DNA from: Nemertoderma westbladi
Lineage: Eukaryota; Animalia; Xenacoelomorpha
Length of the DNA stretch: 45,197 bases
Direction: 5' to 3'
Assembly: GCA_032718475.1 (NCBI GenBank)
Contig: JAUCBJ010001708.1
Coordinates: forward strand, 1-45,197
A program made the position numbers and the translations under genes. A model generated the notes under the pieces. It was given only the letters and a program-made list of their open reading frames with translations, was not told the DNA's origin and did not search any database. Below are positions 1 through 10,600 of this stretch, in pieces (the first letter of the stretch is position 1; every line of letters begins with the position of its first letter).

Positions 1-969
1 TGAATAACCTCGCCAGCTCGGCAAATTATACATCTCAGCGTCATCGGAAATAGAGCCCATTTGTTTTCGATGAGATAATAACTTATTGCACAGATTATTC
101 TTTTTACATAATGTGTAAATAAATCCATAGCTAAACAAGGAATCAACGTAAGACACATTGTTTTCATAGATTTGCTATGTAGCACCTGGTTTTTTTTCTT
201 AAAATTAATTAAGGGGGGATACTCCCCCCCCACTAGCATTGTTGCATTCATTATTCAAATTTACAAGTTTCCCTTGCCTGTAGTTCAGTAGAAGGTCGGT
301 CCTGTTTAGAATCCGACGAATTATTATTCAAAGAGAGTCGGGATTCTTATTTCTTATTTGATTGTCCGACTCTGATATCGATCGTGATCTTATCTGAAGA
401 ACTTATGTAACTAAACTGGTAATCTTGTATTATGTTCTGGTTGTCATGATTTATTTCGGGTTAATTCGGTTTGAAGACCAGTTAGTGGCTGATGTGGGTA
501 AACTCAACATACGAGTATTGAAAAAAGCAGCTATTTTTTTCCTCATAATACTTTCTCACCTTCCCTTATTTCATTTTCACTTCTCCCTTGCTCCTGCTTG
601 CAGTAAACCGTTGTACCTCTAGAGGACTCCTGCGTCACCATATGGATTAATTCACACTTGTATCCATCTATATATATCACACTTATTCCTAATGTGTCGG
701 TTAAAAAGCAAATTTTGTGGAATAAAAATTTAAAGGAATAAAATGTTTGGCATTTCATAGATATAATATATTTATTGACAATAATAATTTTTATAATAAA
801 TTAAATTTCAACATACGTAGCGAACATTTTATGAGTTGGTGCTTGAAGTTTCATTTGGAAAAGGTTAAACCAGGTTTGATAACAGCTGATCTATTCATCT
901 GTTTCCTCGGCTACAAAATCTCAACAACATCTGGTTCGCAATATACTACTCAGTTTACTACTGGGTGGA

Positions 970-1040
970 AATTTTGTCGATAAGCCGGCACAGCATTCTT
1001 AAAAATGCAGCTGCAATGCAGCATGCCGATCCTAGTAGTA
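970..1040 (+). mobile_element. Extremely 5'-truncated RTE retrotransposon copy (3' end only)
   Basis: Matches the 3' end of the RT element at 19535-19609 (...GCATGCCGATCC-TAGTAGTA tail). Flanked by the 7-bp direct repeat GGGTGGA (963-969, 1041-1047). Confidence 0.9.
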
Positions 1041-1491
1041 GGGTGGACAACACACGACTGTAGAAAACTGTAGAACTGTGGTATACCTATAGCGCCAGAA
1101 CCAGGTTGCACTGCCATTACTCATCCATTCCCTTAAGTAAAGATTTGGCATCATGTTCAATCTAAAATTTATAAGATTGATGGCTTATTTAGGAAAGCAC
1201 GATCGCATTATCTATCATCCTACATATTATCTACAACATGTGGGTCATTATCAAGGCATAACCTTGGAGCTTGGAGCAATCATGGGAATAATGCGAGTCT
1301 ATCTAATACTCACTGATATTCTGTTCGCCTGTACCAAATCACTCACCCATTGCCGCTATCTCAGCACACATCCTCACTTATTGAAATATAATTTGGGTTA
1401 TTCTGTGTAGATCAGTAGAGCAAATGAACGTGTCCAGAGGACAATTTATAAACATTGGAATAATACTATTTAGTTTATTTGTTATTTGCAG

Positions 1492-1666
1492 TCTCCTTCG
1501 CGCCAGAATCCCACTCCCTCCTCCTCCCTGGACCGGGAGGAAGTGACCCCAGAAACCTGTTGGCAGGAAGAGGAAGGTCGTTTCTACCACGCAACGTCCT
1601 TCAAGGAGCCCTGTCTGCAGGTTGCTGTGGACGCTGATGGTATCCTGAAAGAAGGTGGACCGCAGG
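1492..1666 (+). CDS. Carboxylesterase-like gene, exon A
   Basis: tttgcAG acceptor, G|GTATGT donor. Encodes ...CWQEEEGRFYHATSFKEPCLQ... Confidence 0.75.
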
Positions 1667-4600
1667 GTATGTGAGTTACAGCTGTATGTGGCTTTCAGCT
1701 GACAGTTACAGCAGTTGAGGTTTCAGCTGTTAGTTACAGGTGTTTAGATTTCAGCTGTCAGTTACATTGCAGGACATTGCAGGACATTGCTTTCGCCGTG
1801 AGGACCAGCCAGTGCATAATCTTGTACTTTGGCAGCCTCATGGAGTGAATAAGCATGGTGGACAGCCCATGACTTTCTTGAGACGCATCTTAAAGGACAC
1901 TGGCCTTAAAGATGCGGATGATCTAGCAAATGTTATTATAGATGTTTAGGTTTCAACTGTTAGTTACAACTGTTTTAGTGTGTTAGTTACAGATTTTATG
2001 TTCCAGCTGTTAGTTAGAACTATTTAGATTTCAGCTGGAGCTTTCAGCTGTTTAGGTTTCAGCTGTTAGTTTGGTTGTAGTGACAGCTGCTTCAGGTTTT
2101 AGATTTCAGTTACAGTTGTTTAATGTTTTAGCTGTTATTTACAGCGCTGATTATCTGCATGTAAGCTAAAGCTGGTTGTCAACTAAATTTCAACATTAAA
2201 AGTTGTTCACTAAATTATTGTTCCCTTTTATTATTGACGATTATTAATTTTCGGTAATATTTTTATTTTACTATTGAATTATAATTGTTTACAGGGAGTG
2301 AAAACTGCCTTTTCGCCAACGTTTGGACACCCACTTTAAATGCAACCGCTAACTTGCCTGTTCTGGTGTGGATACATGGTGGAGACCTTATGACTCTATC
2401 CGGTAATGAACCAGGTCTGTTGCTTAGTAACGACATATTACATATGGCGAGCGGATCAATATGGGAGACCAGATGAAACCTTATGAATCCATATTTACCT
2501 TGTCCATGCAATATCATATAGAGCTACAGTATATTTATAAGAGCTATGACGACATTGTTTTGGTTCGTCCGGGTATGATGTTTTTGCATGAAGGTTCAAA
2601 ATTTCACGTGAGAAATGGTATTTATACGTTGCGATTTTTTCGAAATCGGGTTTACTTCACTGCGTCTAAGAATTATAAAAAATATCAGTGGTGTATCAAG
2701 TAGAGTACCTATGTACATTTATATACTTACATATATCGGCCACACCTCTAGAATGCAATCTTATTCGTAATTTTTCTGTTTTTCTTCATTTCCCTCTACC
2801 TCCATATGTTACTTTATTTCCTTGTATATCTATCTAGTATACTTAATTTCCCTGTATTCGCAGGTTACTCTCCGACGGTTGTCACCGCTAAACGTCTCGG
2901 TGCCGTTGTGGTTTCCTATAATTATCGACTCGGGACTTTGGGATTCCTCTCTCTGGATTTACTCACACAAACCAATCCGGAAAAAGTTTCTGGTTAGCTA
3001 ATACTGGTTTTATACATCATCCCAGAGATTCAATATCATAAAAAAATGTGTATTATCAGAGGCATTTCCATTCTAAATAAACACCTTATTTTATTCGATA
3101 ATTTTAAATTAATATTACATGAAAGAGGATATTTAAAATATATTGTTTAGCATTCTTATTGACCGCATCTGCAAAATGTTTCCCCATCTATCTTTCTCAT
3201 TTGACACGCATTATTGATCGTAAGCCTCTCTAACGGCACTCCTTGTCGACAAGAATTCCAAATCTGCGAAGAAATCCGACTTCCGTTTTGCTACACTATA
3301 CGCTGTGAATTTCAGCCAACATTCATATTTTTTTGCCACTAGGAGATTTTTATTTACATAAACTCAATAAAGTGTTTTCTAGAACATGTTCTAGAATGGT
3401 TTGCAATAAATGGCCTCGAGCTTTTAATTGTAAAAATGTCCTCTAAAACACCAATATCTGCTATTTCATACGATTTCATATGATTACCTCATCATATGAA
3501 ATCGTATTGATTGTAAATACTAAAATTGTAAATACCTATTTAAAATTTTTGAGTTATGTGATATCATTAGATTTGTATATTAATTACTGTAGTTGTGGTG
3601 TAGCAGTGTTCTAGAACCAGATTATTAACTGTACAGTATATATTAGTACTTTACTTCATTCGTTAATAATTATTCGTTGCTAGGGAACTACGGGGTGATG
3701 GATTCAATCCGACTTCTTTATTGGCTAAGAGATAACATAAAGTATTTCGGAGGCAACTCGTCCAATATAATGTTGTTTGGTGAAGGTTCGGGAGCCACAA
3801 TGGCCTTGGCGATGTTGATGAGTCCGGAATCTAAAGGATTGTTTCACAAGGTTTGTTGCAAATTCGGTAAAAAAAAATGAAAGTTTCCACCAACAAAATA
3901 TACTTCCTAGGAAAAAATCGTAGGAAAATTATATTAAAGCAAAATAGGCCATGTAGATTCAGTAGACAGGGAAGGAAATATAGTAAACATGGAAGGGATT
4001 TGTGGAAATAAGATATCATGTGGGAAATAAAGTAACCTGGGAGGGAATATATATATGGAAATTAGTTAATATATGGACACAGGGAAATATAGTAAATAAG
4101 TGATCTGGGGAATCAATTTACATAATTGTATAGGTTTGTAAAGGAATCTAATAATACAAGGTATAATATTGTGGGTTTGTAATATTGTGGGTTTGTTCAG
4201 AAGTGGAAAAAATGGGAGCGCGTCACCGGGGGTTGAACCAGCGCTATACGCACGTTTCGGCCTAACAGGCCTCATCAGTAGCGCTAATAACCAGCTCAGC
4301 CACTAGCCCCTGACACTCGCAGTCCCACCTAATCCACTTCTATTGAACGGGCAGTCTTAAGTTGCAAATATTCTATCTCTAACAGCGGACCTAACGGCCT
4401 CAAGTATGCTAGAGTGAAACAGGAGGGAAGTACAAATAAATAAATATTCAGCTCGGTATTGCTGCCAGGTGATATTAATTAAATAAATTGGAGATGAGCT
4501 GTTGCAACTGTAATTAAAGGTGTAATATTGTGGGTTTGTTCAGAAGTGGAAGAAATGGGAGCGCGTCACCAGGGGTTGAACCAGCGCTATACGCACGTTT

Positions 4601-7600
4601 CGGCCTAACAGGCCTCATCAGTAGCGCTAATAACCAGCTCAGCCACTAGCCCCTGACACTCGCAGTCCCACCTAATATTTTCCACTTCTGAACAAACCCA
4701 CAATATTACACCTTTAATTACAGTTGCAACAGCTCATCTCCAATTTATTTAATACAAGGTATTAACGTAGCCAAATGATACGGGGAGATAGATTAAGTAA
4801 AATAATTATGAAGAATGATTTCTTGATAATTAATTAAGAGATCTTAGAAAGACAAGAATGTGAGTAGATTTCGTCGGGTGTAAGTAGTTCGAACTCCCTC
4901 AACGATTCTTGTGTGTATCGTATCTGATATTATCAACCTCCTCGTCTTAGTCAAGCTCACTCTGATCACGACAAGGGCAGGGGTCCTGCTGTCAGCGTCG
5001 GGTAAATCCAGTCGAAGGTTTGGTATGGATACCAGAGGAGTGGCAATAGAAAGAATTGATTTGTTGTTGCGTTGTATATTTGATTCAATAAGGTAAAGCT
5101 ATCTCAACTACGTTGCGGATAGCGTATATACTTCACCAAAACCAATATACACATTCACATACACGTTCCTTATGGAACCGAGACTGGTGAAATTTGATGT
5201 AGACGTACACACATTACTCATTAATCTACACCAAGAAATTACGGGTGATATAATCAATATTGATAACATCTGATGATCTAGTTGTTCACACCTCTCTAGT
5301 AGTCTTCATCATATTCCGAGCGTTGTAAGGGACCCTTTTACTGATAGGTCATTGTCTCCCCCTACTGTTGTTGTAGTTGCAACTCGTTCAGAATTCAGCT
5401 GCGCGGCTACTGACGTGAACGAAAAAAAGAGATCACATCACATCGCGACTCCATTGGTTACCCGTAAAACGCAGAGTAGAATATAAGCTAGCATTGCTAA
5501 CCTATAAGCGCCTCAATGGGTTAGCACTAAGTTATCTAAACGAACTCCTATTCCCATATAGACCCTCACCTGATCTTCGTTCGAATAGTGCTGGTCTTCT
5601 CGTGGTATCGCGATACCGTTTGGAATCTTATGGTAGACGAGCTTTTTCCGTTGCGGCACCTACTTAGTGGAAATCTATCCCCCAGTCAGTTAGAGAGGCA
5701 CCCTCATTGGACACGTTTAAAAGTATGACACTGTACCTACGACTATCCTTTACCAATATGATTCCACATCGAGTAGGCTTCATTGTACTAACACTAAAAA
5801 AATACACAATCATTTGTCCTGTGTAATAATACCCTATGCATTGTTTGCTCACTTCCTATCTGCTATTTGAATAGTTAAAAGGCACACATCTCTAACTAAT
5901 CATCCGATCACACCATCTTCCACTCCTTTCTACACTCAATATTGATTATTGTTCATCTACAGTTATTATATATTGGTTTTTTAATATCGATCAGACTCCC
6001 CCCCTCCCCCCCCCCCCCCCGTCAGCTTGCTGATATAAAACATAGAAAACCACTATATAGAAATATAAATACCCCCACTTTGGCCTAATCCTGATATATA
6101 ATGATACTCGCCTCTCTTCATATTCATATACTCAATGTTAAGACTCACCCTCGATGCCTTACTCATCCCTCCTGTTGCGTCAAATGAGTTCGTCTCTTTG
6201 TGACCATCTATTATATAATACTAACCTTTAATTAATTATGTGAACAAACCACTCAAGATTTTAAGTTGTTTGTTTACTGAACTGTTACTTACAATGTCGT
6301 AATAATATCCTTCATTATTGTTATTAACATGTTGAGTTAAATTAATTTAATATCCTAAATTAAGCATCTTCTTGATTCCTGTGAAATTAAATGGATTAAA
6401 TCCATAGGGTAAATGTATTATGTTACGTAATCCTAGAAGTTTCATCATATTGTAAAAATAATTTAACTTGCCGCTTCATAGTTTTCTTTATTTCCGATGT
6501 ACCATATGTCGTTGATGTAGTCGCTTTATGATCGCTTTAGATGCACTTGTCATCTTGATGCCACTATAAAGGGCTTCTTTATATATATGACCACTCCACT
6601 ATATAGGGTCTCTTTCGTATAATTTATATTTTATGTTAATATATAATATTCAATAATATTTAGTAAAGTTATTATAAAGTTACCATCCTAGCGCCTAAAT
6701 ATAACTAATACAAAATAATTAGTTGAATTATTATTACCTCAATATTCTAGAGTATAAATGTGACAAATTATCAAGTATCCTGAGTGGCTATACTATAAAA
6801 GTATTCTGATACTATATTTTTTGTAGTAAGACTGGGGTGTAAGACTCTTGTGTTTACCTCTAAGTTAATATATACTATAAAAGTGGCATATTATAGCCTA
6901 AAATAATTAAATCCCAGCTGTGGTAATCTACCATATTAGGGGTGTCTGAAGTCTATATCTCGCATATGTGGTCGTATTGTGAGGTTTGTTTCGCGCTTGG
7001 TTGAGCTTGGACTGTGCTGATCCCTAGGTGATTCATTGTTGCCGTTTTGTTGGCTTAAATACTGAAGTTGCCTCTCCCTTCCACTGATGATATAGTAACG
7101 TCGACTAATCGTGATGGAACTTTTTCTACCTGTTTCCTACGGTCTCTACAGTAGATAGATCCATTACAAAGTCATCTTTTTGAAGTCGACTCTTTCCCAA
7201 ATGCGTGTCGTAATTAGTGTTGATGACGCTCCCTCATCTAATAGTTGTTACTCCTCGTATGTTTTTATCCAAAGTCAGTTCTACGATCTTTAAGAACTAA
7301 CTATCTGGTACTATCTTTAAGTACACACGTTGCTTTGAAACCGTCACACAAGTACCTACTCGTTTTGAAATGGTTTCTCACTCGTTATCTCTGTTGTTCT
7401 GGAGGTTTTTTCGTGATGGTTCGTCTTCCCTTTGCATCTCTCTGTAATGGTAATCACTCGGATAATCTCTCCTTTGTGTATGACTGTCTGTTTTCTGTTG
7501 TAAATACAATAACATCTGGATTGAAATATCTGAATTCCGAATGAAAAATCTGGATTGGTAAGAAATATTTTAATTTCCAACCATAATTTGTAAACATTGG

Positions 7601-10600
7601 TTATCATGTATAGGTATTTATTAACATAATCATCCTCCTGCACATTTTCTGTACCCACAAATCAGAGGGGGGGGGGGGGGCACTTATTACATAAATATTA
7701 TATTTAGTGCAGCCAACTCCTCAATTTGGCAACCGAGTGTTTAGCAGGGAATGTGAATAGTGGTGAAGGTTTGGCAACCGAGTGTTTAGCAGGGAATGTG
7801 AATAGGTGAATATGTGAAGGTGAATGAGCCTATAAAGTTTTATTTCCATTGCGGAATTACAAACCAATTCGCGATCATAACAAAAACCATTACCTAAACA
7901 CAACAAAGCAAAAACCCAAAAACAATACATATTCATCGTTTTATATGATTTATTTATTAATTGAATTTAAATTTATTAAGACAGCAATATGATAATATTA
8001 GGATTGATTACAATGTAATTCTCATTTAAAAAACGAGATATTGTATATTCTCAATACTTCCCGAGAATAGCCGAAGGCCAGCATCACCCTGTAGGCACTA
8101 CGGCTGGCCATCTTAGAACTGATCAGCTGTGCATGATCGGTTCCGGATCCGGTTGGCAACGGGAAACGCGATGATCAGCTGCTGACGACCCTGACATTCT
8201 GCTGAAAGACATTACAGGTCTTGACAAAGCAGCTGGATTGGGGAGTTATCGACTGATCGCGAATTGTGGAAGTGTTGTGTTGTGGGGCGGCCGAGGACGC
8301 ATCCTAGCGGTTTGGCCGCTTTATATATTTAATTTTAATAAGTAATTTAAATTAATTTTGTATTTATTAACTATTTTCAATTTATTTATAACTTCACTTA
8401 AATAATGGCCTTGTGTTAATAAAGTCACGGGTTCGATACCAGTTTGTGGCCTATTCATTAGTTAAAACACATGAAAGTTTAACATTGTATTGTCTTCTTT
8501 AACAAAAGTTAAATAAAATGCTTAAATATAATGACGCGTATCACTAATAATGGTGGAACTTCTAGCAAACAGGGCAATAATTGCCGAAGACTATGGGTGG
8601 GTTTATTAGCCGAACCGTAGTCCTGGGTGGGTTTATTAGCATCTCCCTAATAATCCCAGGAATATGTTTCGGTATACTGGATACCTTCTTCCCTGTTGTT
8701 GTCGAGAAAAGGAATTGGTCAAAGACAATGGTGGGCTGTTTGCTGTCTATGTACTCTTTAGTGAGACTAATCTTGTTCATCACGTGCGGCAACTTGATTA
8801 ATAGGCTCGGTAGTCGCATAGCATTTGGTGTTTTTGGAGTATTGGGGGCGCTATCCTTGCTATCTTTTGGCTTTGTTGAAGATATCCCAAGTCATCGCGG
8901 TTTCATATCGGCCTGCTTTATTCTGCGAATACTGGAAGCACTCGGTGGCAATATAAGTTATATTTATGCTTTTAGTCTCCTGACAGACTTGTTCCCCCGA
9001 CACAGAACTATAGTGAATGGAATTTCAGGATCAATGACGGTACTTGGACTTGCAATATCACCAGCGTTGGGGTCCATTCTGTTCACCGAATTTGGATTTG
9101 AAGCTGCATTCATTGTCCCAGGAATATTTATTCTCGCAATTAACATATATTGCTTAATTGAGTCGCCAACTAACATCTACGATATTTCCACATCGAATGA
9201 GCAAAGTCCCAACTTATTTCTTTTTTTAAATAATTGCGGAGTCATTTTAATCGTAATCTTGACGATTTGGGCAGAAGCTACCTACCTATTTCTATGTGTT
9301 GGTATTTCCACGTATTACACAAAGTTCTATAGTTTGAGTCAAATTCCAATTGGGTTCATATTTCTTGGATATTGTGTTATTGTTATGATGACTATATCTA
9401 TTATGAGTTATGTTATGCAGAGACTGACTTCAATGGAGTCTATTTATCCTAGCATACTCGGTTTTGGATTAGTTCCCATTGGAATGGTACTAGTTGGACC
9501 AGCCGAAGCCTTAGGATTCCCACCCAACATCAGTTTAGCGTTATTTGGATTGTCGCTACATGGTATAGGAGCTGGATTATTCGTTAGTTGCGGGTTAGAA
9601 ACGCAAACGCGAATAACTCTAATCAATTTCCCGGACAATGTAGACACCCGAGCTCTTCTCCAACAAATTCTTCGCATTTCAATGGCTATTGGGAACATCG
9701 GCGGGGCTGTATTGGGCGGGGTACTCATCGACTATTTTGGGTTTCAGCTTGCAGCGTGTATCCTATCTGTACCAGGAGTACCTTTACTTGCGGTGTTGAT
9801 TGTGCATATGTCATACAATAGATTGCGGGGAAGATTTATGTATGGAGAACATTCTTCCAGGAACTGAACTCAGTTGCTGTACTGTCGATGGATGTTATCT
9901 ATAAGTAGCTTACATACTGTACGTACAGGTGCTGCGAAGCAACACCTTGGCCCTACGACGCTTATTCATTTTGATTATCAGTCTACTCTTAATGTAGACT
10001 GCCTCATGTGTTATTTATCATAACTATGAGTTTTAATGAATAAAAGAGATAAACTTAAACTTAAACTTAAACTATATAGTCCGGCAGATATCTGTCGTTT
10101 TTTTTTCACCGAACCTTCATTGCATCGGTGTTTTGAAGTATAATAATATGATAAATGTTTTCTGTGATTTTGGTATCTAGTATGTTTGTTATCAATAATG
10201 CCCAGCTGATAGTAATTGCTGATTGTACAAATTATCGTCCTATTGCGACTTCTAATATTGTTTCAAAGATACTTGAATCTTGTATGTATAAACATATTGC
10301 TAATTACGTTAATATTACGGATAACCAATTTGGTTTCTCTAATGGTCTGGGAACTGAGTCTGCAATTTTTGTATTAAAAGAAACGGTCCATTTATTTCTT
10401 TCAAATGACTCACCAGTTTTTACCGCTTTCTTAGATGCTGCAAAAGCATTTGACAGAGTCAACTATTATAAACTATTGGCCTTCTGTAAATTAATTACTT
10501 GTAATGTGCCCTTATGTATTGTACGCATATTAGAATTTTGGTATACTAATCAGTTAATTAATGTTTGCTGGGGTGCTGTAAAATCTGATTGATGAGAGCA

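Larger units (their letters stand above)
4165..4749 (-). mobile_element. Non-coding retrozyme / non-autonomous Penelope-like element with tandem hammerhead ribozymes
   Basis: 13-bp TSD TAATACAAGGTAT (4152-4164, 4750-4762). Direct repeat of about 155 bp at a 343-bp offset, each copy with a hammerhead. Terminal segment about 4680-4752 is an inverted copy of about 4479-4551. No recognisable ORF. Confidence 0.85.

Noticed and set aside
8405-8450. tRNA gene (B-box-like GGTTCGATACC at 8430-8440)
   Set aside because: There is no cloverleaf. At most it is a decayed tRNA-SINE head.
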